A stretch of DNA of 64,000 bases from contig CP120461.1 of NCBI GenBank assembly GCA_034226945.1, positions 186,001 through 250,000 on the forward strand, in the 5' to 3' direction. Both the position numbers and the translations under genes were made by a program. The DNA comes from Picochlorum sp. SENEW3. Its lineage: Eukaryota. The notes under the pieces are model-generated. The model had not been told where the DNA came from. It did not search any database and saw only the letters and a list, made by a program, of their open reading frames with translations. Every line of letters starts with the position of its first letter. Within the stretch, counting starts at the first letter, position 1. Shown here one piece after another: positions 11,985 to 23,156 of the stretch.

Positions 11985-12621
11985 TTTAATCGTACGATGT
12001 ATTTTATAGAATTGAGAACCACTATGCCTTGAAAGCAGATGATGTTCTTATTGAAAGTCCGCGTGCTTCCATGGACACCTGTGCAAGCAGAGTATTGGAG
12101 AAGACAGATACGTGGGTCTAGGCAGCAAACATGCAGTATTTTTCGAAACTAAACTTAATTTATGCACATCTTGATGAGTCAAATTGCTGTTGGGTTTACA
12201 AGAACCAAACCTCACCCATGCAGTTAAGAGTCATTGCGCGTGTATTGGAAGCACAATGCAATACACATATAAATACACAAAGATTTTACAGTTCCAGGAT
12301 TAATTCTACGGTAGAAAAATATAAGAATTTCATCAGGCTGTATTTTGCGCCTGCAGGGTCCTCAGATGTTACACATGGAGACGATTACGCTACTACCAAC
12401 GCTACGCATGTGCGGCTTGGGCTGGATTGTCCGCTCACAGGATGGTGATGATGGAATATGGCTAAGAACCTTGAGCATCGGAGGCTCTAACCCAAAATTG
12501 GCTCCCCATCTATTTATCATGCGTTCTCATTGTTTGAAAGAATACCGGTATTTTTAATGTTTAGTCGCACTTCAAATAAGTATCTTACTATCCTCACGGA
12601 AATATCTTACAACCCATAAAA

Positions 12622-13434
12622 ATGAAATCTTTTGCCCTTTTGCTTGTCCTGATGGCTGTCCTTCGCAAGACCGACGCGGGGAATTTCAACCCCTCGTGTG
12701 CTGCCAGTGACTCGTGGGAAGACAGATACTCCAAGATCAAGGATAAGGGGGATAATCTGTCGAATCTGTCCAAATGCCAGTACAAAACTCTTGGGGTTGA
12801 TGAGAACTACATACTACTAGGAGGAAAAGGGTCGTCATCCTCAATGACTGTTGAATTGGGAAGTGGAGGTGACGGTTGCTCTGATGGGGAAGACTGTATG
12901 GAGATGTGTCAAGCTTTATGCTGCATCACCCAAGGATGCAAGTACGCCACTGTCAGGAGAGATGAAAATGAAAACTGTGAGGTCGACTGCAGCATTTACA
13001 AGGAGGACGAGAAATATTTCACCTGCAAATTGTTTAGTGACGGCAAGTGGGAAGACACCAACGACCAGTCCACCTGTTATGCTGACAAAGGCCAGGAAAG
13101 TTACGACGATTGTCCAAAAATCGCGAGAAACAGTGATTTCAAATGGGATGAAGACGAATTCAACTTTTTCAAAAGTCTTGGTGCAATTGACTCGTGGAGC
13201 GATTGCCCAGGAAACCCAGACTCTGACAACTATGTTGGTAATCGTAGAAAGCTCTTGTCAACCCCAGAAATACCAGCCATTCCGAGCAAAAAGGACATCA
13301 AAGATGCCGTGGAAAAGGGAAAAGATTCCGGTAAAACGTTCAAGAAGAATTTGAAAAAGGCTCGGAAATCCGCAGGGGGTAAAAAGAAACTCCTTGAGCG
13401 AATGTGTGACAACATGACCTGCCCTGCCAACTAA
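12622..13434 (+). CDS. Secreted cysteine-rich protein of unknown function (possible PAN/apple-like module)
   Basis: Signal peptide; CMEMCQALCCITQGCKYAT..C Cys spacing; RRKLL motif before a basic tail. Confidence 0.7.
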   Translation: MKSFALLLVLMAVLRKTDAGNFNPSCAASDSWEDRYSKIKDKGDNLSNLSKCQYKTLGVDENYILLGGKGSSSSMTVELGSGGDGCSDGEDCMEMCQALCCITQGCKYATVRRDENENCEVDCSIYKEDEKYFTCKLFSDGKWEDTNDQSTCYADKGQESYDDCPKIARNSDFKWDEDEFNFFKSLGAIDSWSDCPGNPDSDNYVGNRRKLLSTPEIPAIPSKKDIKDAVEKGKDSGKTFKKNLKKARKSAGGKKKLLERMCDNMTCPAN

Positions 13435-13726
13435 CCTTGACGATGAAGATCATCTGTTTATAATCACGCACTCTCATCATGAGAGTCTCGTGTGCTTCAA
13501 CAGCATTTCAACAAGCATCTCGTAGAGATACATTGATGTAATAGCGCCCACCTCATGAATATGTCTATCTATTAGATATTAAATGTCCAAAAAAGCCAGG
13601 CCAACAACTGTAGATGGTTGGATGAGCCACATATATACAAAGAGAGACCACCTCTCGACTCCACACAATTTCGTACTTCATTTAAAGAATTATAAGAAAG
13701 AATAAGAGAGTATTCTCCATGGAATC

Positions 13727-14535
13727 ATGAGCACCGTCTTCGATCGGGGTATTCAGATTTTGAAAAATGTCAAAACCGACACAGGAACTATCAGAACAGA
13801 CATCTTTTTAGAAGCATGCAAGCAAATAATACCAATAATATGTGCGTACGATATTGGGATGATGCTGTAATACGAATTCTCTCAACCCAATGTGTGCCAT
13901 GTGCAGCAAAACTTGGAACAGCTTTTGCCATTGTCAAATCAGACGTGGGAGGAAACATAGATCGCTTATATACTCGCATGCAACAGAAGCCATCCATCTA
14001 TACAGATGACGTCTATCGGATTGTATTGGATGAGAAGGAGCAGGGAGTGTGTATGGACAATACATCTTGTACCAAGGGATTGCTGTGGCTCAAGAGGTAT
14101 GTGCTTTGAATACTCGACCGCATGTACAGCAGCTCTTATATGGGATGTAACAATATCTATTGCAGGGCCATGCAGTTTATACTTTTGCTGTTGGAGCGTG
14201 TGATTGATCCAGCCAATGCTGACAAGACTCTGTCTGAAATTGCAACAGCAACCTATTATGATACCCTTCAGCAATATCATGGTTGGATTGTGACGGGGAC
14301 ATTCACTGTTATTTTAAAATTAGTACCGAGTAGGAATACCTTCTGGAAGGCCATCTCTGAGGAGACAGAGCAGCAGCAGCAATGCGAAGATGCGGGCAGT
14401 TCTGATGCCATGCATAGGAATGATGACAACATGGTGGACCGCATCAAAGCATTTTGCCAAGAGTTTGATAGTATTTTGGGTGAGATTCATGCATTTTTAG
14501 AGTCGCATGATCTTGATGATCCCACCAAAGTGTAA
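13727..14535 (+). CDS. Glycolipid transfer protein (GLTP), 3 exons
   Basis: FLEACKQIIPII | KLGTAFAIVKSDVGGNIDRL, SCTKGLLWLKR | AMQF, YYDTLQQYHGWIV, LVPSR; GT-AG introns near 13842-13906 and 14097-14165. Confidence 0.9.
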
Positions 14536-14770
14536 TCCTGTGTGGGGGCTTTTTCCAGCATGACCATGCTCCATCATGTCAGCTCACACCCAATGTATAT
14601 ATATTGTGATCCGTCCAAGAATCACTACAAAATCTCACCCAATCCTAGATTGGATTACTATACCATAGTATCATTACTAATGAGGTATTACTGCTAAGGC
14701 ATGAGAAACACATCAATTCCAAATATCACAGATATATATTTGGGTCAAGAGTTGAAAAGACGACAGCACC

Positions 14771-15586
14771 ATGGCAAGCGTCCAGCACAAGAGCTACCCC
14801 TCTCTCAGCATCTTGCTGGCAACCGTGCTCTTTATTGGAGCAGTATCCGCTGACAAGACGATTGATGTGACTGGGTTTTCTTCTATTCAGAATTGCGGAG
14901 CAGTCCCAATTATTGTAACGCCTGGCGATTCATATTCGGTTGTCGTCACTGGGGACGCCGCGGCATCCGCAGCCACGACTGGTTCCGTATCAGACGGTGA
15001 ATTGTCCTTCACCATTGCAGGACCCATGGAAACCAGCAGCGCGTTCTACATCACAGTCACAATGCCATCAGATGCACTCGAGGCTGTACGTGTATCAGGA
15101 AGCGGGCCAGTCTATGTGAATTCTGGATTCATTGTAAAGAACGTTGCCGTCACCATATCTGGGTCTGGAGATGTGACATTGGGCGCTGATGTGACGGACA
15201 CCTTGGCGATTACTATCAATGGATCCGGGGACTTGGAAGCAACAGGAACTGTTGCAAACGTGGACCTCCAAATCAATGGAAGCGGAGACGTCAGTGTGTT
15301 GGACCTGCAGGACCAAGCTACCGTCCAAATCAATGGAAGCGGAGACGTGTACGTTGGTGGCGCCAGCGGATCTCAGATCAGCGGTAATATCTTTGGAAGT
15401 GGAGATGTCAGCTACTCTGGCGGTGAGTGCAACGTATCCAGTTTCGGATCCAATGCCTGCTCCCAAGTCAGTGCCAAGGCTGTCACACCAACCTCTGTAG
15501 ACTCTGTTCCAGCAGTCTCATTCCGCGTCCAAGGAACATGCTCCTGCACAGGAAATTCAAACTGTATCACCAACATTGGTGCATGA
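14771..15586 (+). CDS. Secreted protein with a GIN/DUF2807 (autotransporter-adhesin head-like) beta-helix
   Basis: Signal peptide; ITVTMPSDALEAVRVSGSG followed by six ~19-aa I(S/N)GSGD(V/L) repeats ending GSGDVSYSG; intronless. Confidence 0.78.
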   Translation: MASVQHKSYPSLSILLATVLFIGAVSADKTIDVTGFSSIQNCGAVPIIVTPGDSYSVVVTGDAAASAATTGSVSDGELSFTIAGPMETSSAFYITVTMPSDALEAVRVSGSGPVYVNSGFIVKNVAVTISGSGDVTLGADVTDTLAITINGSGDLEATGTVANVDLQINGSGDVSVLDLQDQATVQINGSGDVYVGGASGSQISGNIFGSGDVSYSGGECNVSSFGSNACSQVSAKAVTPTSVDSVPAVSFRVQGTCSCTGNSNCITNIGA

Positions 15587-15908
15587 GAATGATACCCATC
15601 CATCGTTCATATGATGGATGAAGACATCTGTATGTAAATGTAATAATACATGAAAATCAGCTGGCCAGTTGATGCCATGGCATGGTCGACCATAACCAAC
15701 TAGGATATTCATCCGTGCAACCATACCACACCAGTATTATTTTTACATATATATATACATAGACTGTTTCGTTTTGAAAAGAAAACGGTGACTATATCAC
15801 AAAGACAACGGGTTCGTCTTCACCAACGACATTTTTCTTTTGGATTGATTTTGATTGCTCAACCACCCAACCATCTGAAGACGTCCTCTGTATTGTTGAG
15901 AGATATCC

Positions 15909-16886
15909 ATGTTTCATCACGCCAAAGACGAATCTGAGGATTTCTTACCCAATCTGACACAGTCGTTTAAGCAGATTGACGTAGAGAAACCAATTCCGAC
16001 CAAGGATTTTGTCAGCGCGTGCTCCAAAGTACAACCAATTTTCGATCATATCGGTACGTTTTTTTGCTTTTTGTTCGAATTTTTTAATGATGTTGTATCT
16101 TTCTCTCTGCGCGCGGAGAGAGGCTTGCGCAAGCAACGTGGAGGAGAGCCTCTGTCTTGAGAGAGAGCAGGCAGTGTGTATTTTGTATATTCAGAGACAG
16201 ACACACTATATGCACTATGCACCCCCTTGCTAGTATTCTTTCTTATCATCTCAGTATACATACACGTACAGGTACTGTATTTTTGATTGCCAAGCATGAA
16301 TTTGAGACAAAGAGGTCATCAGTGGAAGCACAGGCAGAGGCAAAGCCACTGCTGAATGATATTGTTGATGCTGGTAAAGCGGTGCGTGCATATGTTTATG
16401 TATTTGTTCCTTTTCGTCTCACATACTCAATATATTCAAGAAAGAGAGAGAGAGAAAGAGATATAGTACAAGAGTAAAAAGATGATGAGAAACATTCTCT
16501 CTTCTTGTCTGCAGGATGGAACAATCACAATCAAGAATAGCCCGGGTAGAAACTTGCACAGACTGTTGAATACACTGGCATTCATCAGCCAGATATTTAA
16601 AGGATTGGCAGCGAATAAATCCCTCAAGGATGCTGTGTCAGATGCATATGATGAAACGTTGGGCAAGTTGCATGCCTGGGTGGTGAGAACTGGTATCAAG
16701 GCAGGCATGATTGGTCTTCCCAGTCGTGAGCACTTTCTCAAGAGCATTGGTGAGACGGAAGAGAGTGCGAGGATTCATGGAGATGGATTCATAGAAGCTG
16801 CTGATGCCATTGTAGAGAGTATTAATTCCTTGTACTCGGGTATTGAAATGCCCAAGAGTGACTTTTCCATGAAATCGCTGTGGTAA
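15909..16886 (+). CDS. ACD11-like GLTP-fold lipid transfer protein, 3 exons
   Basis: IPTKDFVSACSKVQPIFDHIG | TVFLIAKHEF | SPGRNLHRL, AYDETLGKLHAWVVRTGIKAGMIGLPSRE matches the ACD11/CPTP pattern. Confidence 0.82.
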
Positions 16887-17024
16887 ATACAAGAGTACTT
16901 TATATGTAAAACATACCCTAATACTAGGATATGGTGGATTGTTGGAATAGAAATCGAGTTCCGTGTTGATTGATTGCAGTCGTGTAGTAATTAATTCATT
17001 AATTAATTCCCACTCTCCTAGAAC

Positions 17025-20000
17025 ATGGTGGATGCGGTGCAGTTGGGCTCTGCTCTGAGTGGATGCCTGAGTCCCGATACTGCGATTCGTAAATCATCAG
17101 AGAATGTTATTGAGCATGTGCGTGATGATATCGACGCCGTACTGACTTGAAACAAACACCGTTGCATGTTGCATGACCCTGAATTCCCTTGATACAGGTT
17201 ATTAGCCAGCCCGGTGGGTTGATTTTATTAGAAAAAGCGATTCAGGCTGAAGAATTGCCGAGTGATGCGCGTCAAATGGCTGTTATTAGTTTGAAGAATG
17301 CTATTAAGCGGTACTGGGCGGACGAGCTGCAGAAGCGTGCTGTGGTGATTGGGGCCGAGGATAAACAGCATGTGAAGAATGCCATGGTGGAGATGTTTCC
17401 GTATGCGCCTCATGAGGTGCGAGTCCAGTTTCAGGAGTGTTTGAGAGTTATCATTACTGCGGATTTTCCGGCGAGGTGGCCAGAGTTGGTTGGTCAGATT
17501 ATGGCATGGTTGTCGAGCGGGAATCAGCAGGCGATTACGGCGGCGTTGAGGGTGTTGAGGATAATAGCGAGAAAGTATGAGTATAGGGATGATCAGGATC
17601 GTGTGGAGTTGAATGCTGTTGTGGAACACGTGTTTCCTCAGCTGTTGGCAACGTTTGTGTCCCTGGTGGAGAGCAGAGGGTCAGAGTCGCTGGAATTAGC
17701 AGAGTTGTTAAAGTTGTGCTGTAAAATATACTTCAGTACGACGTATATGGAGGTGCCTCCATTGCTGGTTCATGATACACGTCAGTATGAAGGGTGGATG
17801 AATGGGTTTTTGGCATTGGCTGAGATGAGACCACATGAGCAGGGTATGCCACAGGATGCCAATGGTCGGGCGGAGTGGCCGTGGTGGAAGATGAAGAAGT
17901 GGTTGTATAATATTGCGTGCAGAATGTTTACAAAGTATGCAGTGCCTCGTGTGGGGAAGAAACAGTCGGATGATGATATGTTTGGGCAGATGTGGAACAG
18001 GGATTATTCCATGAAGTTTCTGCATGCTGTTGTGCATGAGTTGTCCTTGTATAGTCAAGGGAGGTACATCACGCCTCGGGTCGCGAATAATTTGCTTAAT
18101 TTTCTGCAAGAAGCGATTCAGAAGCAGGTGTATTGGAAAGAGTTGGAACCGCATATTGGTCAGATTGTGCAGCAGGTTGTTATTCCAATGCTGGCGTTTG
18201 ATGATGCAGATCAAGAGTTGTGGGATGAGGATCCCGAAGAGTATATTCGGAAAGGTTATGATATTATAGAGGATATTTATTCACCAAAGTCGGCGGCTGT
18301 GACTGTTATTTGCGAGCTTTGCTCGAAGAAGAAGAAGCAGCAACTGGATCCTACAATGACGCACTTGGCATCTATTCTGCAAGAGGTTCATGGGGCTGGT
18401 CCTGCAGCGTCGGACGCGATGGCACGAAAATTGGATGGGGCATTGTATGCAGTTGGATCATTGGCGGGGATTTTAGGGAAGCATCCGAGGTATTCTGCCA
18501 TGGTTCCAGGCATTTTTGAAACATATATTCTGCCCTTGTTTTCCTCTCCGCATGGGTATCTTAGAGCCAAGGCGTGCTGGATTTCGGCCGAGTTTGTCAA
18601 CTTAATGTACTCGAGTGATAACAAGAGTAATAATCAGCTTTTTATGCAGCTTTTTGAGAGGATTCAAGCCTGCTTGAATGATCCTGACCTGCCAGTCCAG
18701 GTGGATGCTGCCATTGCCTTGAGAGCATTCTTTGATGCGATAGATGAAGAAGATTCCGTACATTTTGTCCAAGCTGTACCGCCATTGCTGCAAAAATTCT
18801 TGGAATTGGCGAACAATATAGAATCTGAAGGCATCATGGCAACAATTGAATCGGTGGTTGAAAAATTTAGTGACCACATTGCACCATATGCATGTGGTAT
18901 TGTCACAACACTGATACAACAGTTCTGGAATCTTGTTGGTGATGAGGATCGTGCTGCTTCAGGGGAAGAAACGCCTTTTGCTGAAGTAGCAGATCCATTG
19001 GCTGGGCATACAATTCTGGCAACCATTGCGACTGTGTTGGATGCAGTGTCAAAGTCACCGGAAATTCTTGCAGAGATGGAAAATCTCTTGTTCCCAATCT
19101 TTACTAGATTTGTGTCTGAGGATGGCATGGATGTCATCGAGGAAGTATTGGAAATGATTACATACATTACATACTACTCGCCACACATCTCAGAGAAGAT
19201 GTGGACACTGTATCCAAGAATATTAATGTCCATGGAAACATGGGGTACAGACTTTTTCTCGGATTTCGTTCCAGTCATTGATAATTATATTTCTCGAGGA
19301 GTCCAAGTATTCTTGCAGACAAGAGATCCACCGCTGCTTACCATGACAAACATGACACTTGAAACGTGTTTGAAGCACGAATCTGATGGATTTGGAACCG
19401 AGGAGGAGATTTATATTGGCTGTGCTGCCATTCTTCAGGTCATCCTGGAAAATTGCAATGGTCTTGTCGACCAGTGTATCCGTACGTGTCGTTTGTTTTT
19501 CTTTCATCGTATATACTCGCTCTTACATCATTACTGTTCATATTCCATGCAGAGCCATACATGTCCCTCATAGTGACAACTATGTTGAAAGGAGCACAAG
19601 ACGATGAGCAGTTTGATGATCCAAGTGTCATGGAGCAGTTGCTTGTCACTGGAGCAGATGCATTGTACTACAACCCTCTGCTTGCCCTGAACACATTACA
19701 GCAGCTTGGCCATTTGGCATTTTTCATGCACATGCTTGGAGATGCCGTCACAAAGAGAAAGAAGAGAAGTGGGAAACTCTATTACTTTTCTTCGAAAAGG
19801 TCGAAAAAGATTGTCATCCTAGGTCTCGCAAGCCTTGTGGGAACCCAACCATCCTCCCTCCCCCCTGGCATACAGCAGTCCATCCCACAGATTGCTGCTG
19901 CACTCGCAAGACTTGTTCTCGACCTGAAAAGTCAAGAAGCTTCTGTGTCTCAGCCATTTGAACCATCCGAAGAGAGATATATTTCGGACTCTGGAGACGA

Positions 20001-20319
20001 AGAAGACGACGATGATGACAGCTATGCAGACCTCATGACCAAGTTACGAGCACGTTCAGCAAACATTGAAGAGGAGGACGATGATGAGGACGATTTCGAT
20101 TTCTTCTCCGACGACGAAGCAGGACAAGACATCAAGTCCCCCATCGACGATATCCCAGTATATACGTACTTTGGCAACGCCATGAACACCCTCCAGGCAA
20201 CCAACGCAGAGGGATTCATGGCCACTCTGTCACTGTTGCAAGACAGTGACATTGTTGCTCAATTCCAGCAGCTCTTATCCGAAACTGGAGCTCCGCAACC
20301 ACCACCATCATCATCATAG
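17025..20319 (+). CDS. Importin-7/8 (SAD2/Nmd5-like importin beta), 3 exons (introns 17118-17197, 19482-19552)
   Basis: RQMAVISLKN, DFPARWPEL, WWKMKKW, WDEDPEEYIRKGYDIIEDIYSP, GYLRAKACW, LPVQVDAAIALR and an acidic C-terminus; both introns restore the frame. Confidence 0.92.
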
Positions 20320-20406
20320 CAATAGTTTGAGAAGAAAATTTCCATACTACAGTAGTTGAGAATATATTCTTACATCTGACTTGAAATAATTTAATGATTA
20401 CAACAA

Positions 20407-20631
20407 CTACTCGTCTCCACCTCCAAACATGGAACGGCTGTGCCTATCATGCATCAGGAATGACGCAATCCCACTGAAAATCATAATGATGGCAATGAAT
20501 GCAAACAACAAGGGATGGGTCGACATTTTCGACATGGCATCATCCCAAAAACTGTACGTCTCCTTTTGCTTCAGAGGACCAGTCCTCTTGTAGTGAGTTG
20601 CACTCCTGGCATTCGTCACACGCTTGGACAT
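20407..20631 (-). CDS. Small single-pass membrane protein (74 aa), function unknown
   Basis: MSKRVTNARSATHYKRTG...PLLFAFIAIIMIFSGIASFLM, convergent with the importin; its 5' part is re-copied in each A repeat. Confidence 0.5.
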   Translation of the reverse strand: MSKRVTNARSATHYKRTGPLKQKETYSFWDDAMSKMSTHPLLFAFIAIIMIFSGIASFLMHDRHSRSMFGGGDE

Positions 20632-21120
20632 CACCTACACATCAATATGGATAGTATTAACAATAAATTAATATGGGCACACAAGCTTTCTCTTTTGAGA
20701 AAGAATAGCCAAAAAATTCGTCGTCACATGGAGGCCAACGACAATCAGTCACGGATCAGTCGAATTCTCGTATCAAACCACTGCCTCCAAAGGCAAATGG
20801 CTTTTAGGAGATGAAATAGTAAAACAGACTAGCCATTACAGTGACGCTGAGAGCCAGTCTAATAACAAACGCGCATTCGCGTGATCTACAGTCGGTTCAA
20901 TCAACACCCACGGCGTTTTGCTTGGGCTACAGACGTACCATGTTGAATCTTTATTTAAATTGTCTTTTCAAAAATCTATTTAGTAAAAATATGTGTACTC
21001 ATGCAATAATGAATTATGCAAGCTTGCCTTAAGGCATCCCATGATCCTGGCCAGGGTGGACCAGCTATGGGACCATAGTATATATGGGATGCGCATTCCT
21101 TGATCAAGGATGTTTTGCAA

Positions 21121-21965
21121 TCATGTGCTCAAGGATGGACAGGATGGACATGGTGGGCAGTTCTTGCAGACTGAAGAGCTGACCAACACGCGATCAAAGT
21201 ATATGAGAGTACCTGTTCCATCAGGGTTTATCACCTCGGGGTTCTGATTGAAGGTGGTTGCAGGAGGGATGTATAGATCTGCAATGCCACCAGAACCTCC
21301 AACATAGATTTCTTCAGACAAGTACAAATGCCCATTGGGACTGATTCCAAGGCCAGTGAACTGTTCCGCTGTCTGACGGCGGGTGAAGGAGGACGGGGGA
21401 GACAGCGGTTGTGGGGGCAGTGGTGCCAGGCCGGGCCTTGTCAAAATAAACTTCCAATTCAACCCTTTACGATTGGGACGACCCAGCACGACCGAGGTAT
21501 CTTCGCAGAGATCATTGTCAGCCCAGACTGGACCGAGAAGGCTCACAGATCCCCTCGCTGTACATGCCTCTCGATGCTGCACAAAGACAAACCTGATGGG
21601 TGAATTCATGCTCCCAAGGAGCAGGTCAAATCCTATTTTTCTTACCCAATGTATGCTTTCGTCACAAAAAATGCACGTACATATGTATGATTTTACATCA
21701 ATGCTCCCTGGCCAGGTCGCCTCTTGATCAAGCGGGGTACCTGCAGGTACATTGTACACCTGTACAGGTACCACATGTGGTGGGGTACCCAGGGCTCCGT
21801 GAAAAGAAATAAGAAACAAAAAGACACGGACAAAACTTTTGCAAATAATTTGTATGTATTCCCTCGATTTCCTACTTGGACGAGGTCCCATGAGAGTAGG
21901 CCTCGGACGCACACGGACAGACTCTCGAGAGTTGAGCTCAACGGCAACTTTTAGCATACGAGAGT
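21121..21965 (-). pseudogene. Chimeric fragment: 5' exons of an FN3/propeller gene B-like paralog fused to the last ~80 codons of gene A (repeated at 27084-27930)
   Basis: 21374-21965 aligns with 39852-40276; 21121-21364 matches 33052-33295. Confidence 0.75.
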
Positions 21966-22103
21966 TGAATTTCCGACATCGGCGCACACCCTTAGTTGCG
22001 CAGTTTTCTCATATACATGCAACTAAAGATTATTATAAATGAACATTGAGATCATTGCAATGCAATACTTGCGCAAGCGGTGTAGAAAAGGCTAAAGATA
22101 GCA

Positions 22104-23000
22104 ATGGTTGACTCACAACGACAGCAACACGTAACGGCTCCCACTGCAGCCGAAAGAGCACTTGGTAAGTTACGAAACGAATCAAAGAATAATGCTGATA
22201 AACATAAAATTCTGTTAGATTGCTCGAGGAAAAGAGGGCGGCCAAAGAAGAAGAGAAGTGACGCGGAAGCTATGCAAAGCCGATTGGCTCAGGAAGTGGA
22301 GAATTCTCCATATTCGAATTTGAATGTGCAAGATCCTTTACAGGATGCACTGGCTGCGATAGATGAAAATATTGATGAAGCGCGAGTATCTCAGAAGAAA
22401 CACTATATAAATTGGACAATGAATGACAAGAAAGTGATCCTTGAAAAGCTTCAAGATTTCAAGGGCAAGGCAACCAAAAATCCTGTAGCAGCCACTGTCA
22501 AATATTTTGCCAAGCATCGTGGATCTATCAATGAAGGTGCATATCCTAAATACTATAGGAACCTAACTGTAGCAAATGTACGCTCCTGGATTAAAGCAAA
22601 GGAGAAGGTCTGCAGAAGGCCTGGGAGAGAGAGTGACCTGAAACCTGAGGCAAGGGAGGCTATTTTCAGCATATTAAGGATTTGCTGCCAAAGGAGCATA
22701 ATTCAACCGGCTTAAGCACTCATGTATTGTCTGAAACAGTGAATTCGACTACTTTAATACCTCAAATACAGGCATTCATCAGGAAACTTGGGGAGGGTAG
22801 CAAACTAGATGATGGAAGTTTCAAGGTGAGTACTTGTGTGAATGATTTATGCAGACAACTGGGCTTCTCTATGAGAAGCAAAACTCAAGACACATAAAAA
22901 GAACCGGATGACTGGAAAGAGCACATGGGTAGATTCAAGTATCAGATGGCATACATAGTCAAAACAAGAGGATAATCAAAAGAAGACGTTTACAACAAGA
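22104..23000 (+). mobile_element. Degenerate pogo/Tigger-like (CENP-B HTH) transposase N-terminal relic, copy 1
   Basis: HTH-like WT..DKKVILE..LTVANVRSWIK..RPGR, then across a frameshift FKVSTCVNDLCRQLGFSMRSKTQ, stop, KEPDDW...EDVYN, ending just before the DDE domain. Confidence 0.55.
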
Positions 23001-23156
23001 AATGTATCTTGTCAATTCCAGACAGTCAAAAAAGGGAGACAAAATCCTGAAATCACGAACAGTTAGCTGCGGTACAGTATATACAATTGATGAACATCTG
23101 GGATAGTAACCGAGATATCTTGCTTTACAAAACCAGATATAGCTTCTGTGGGGCTT

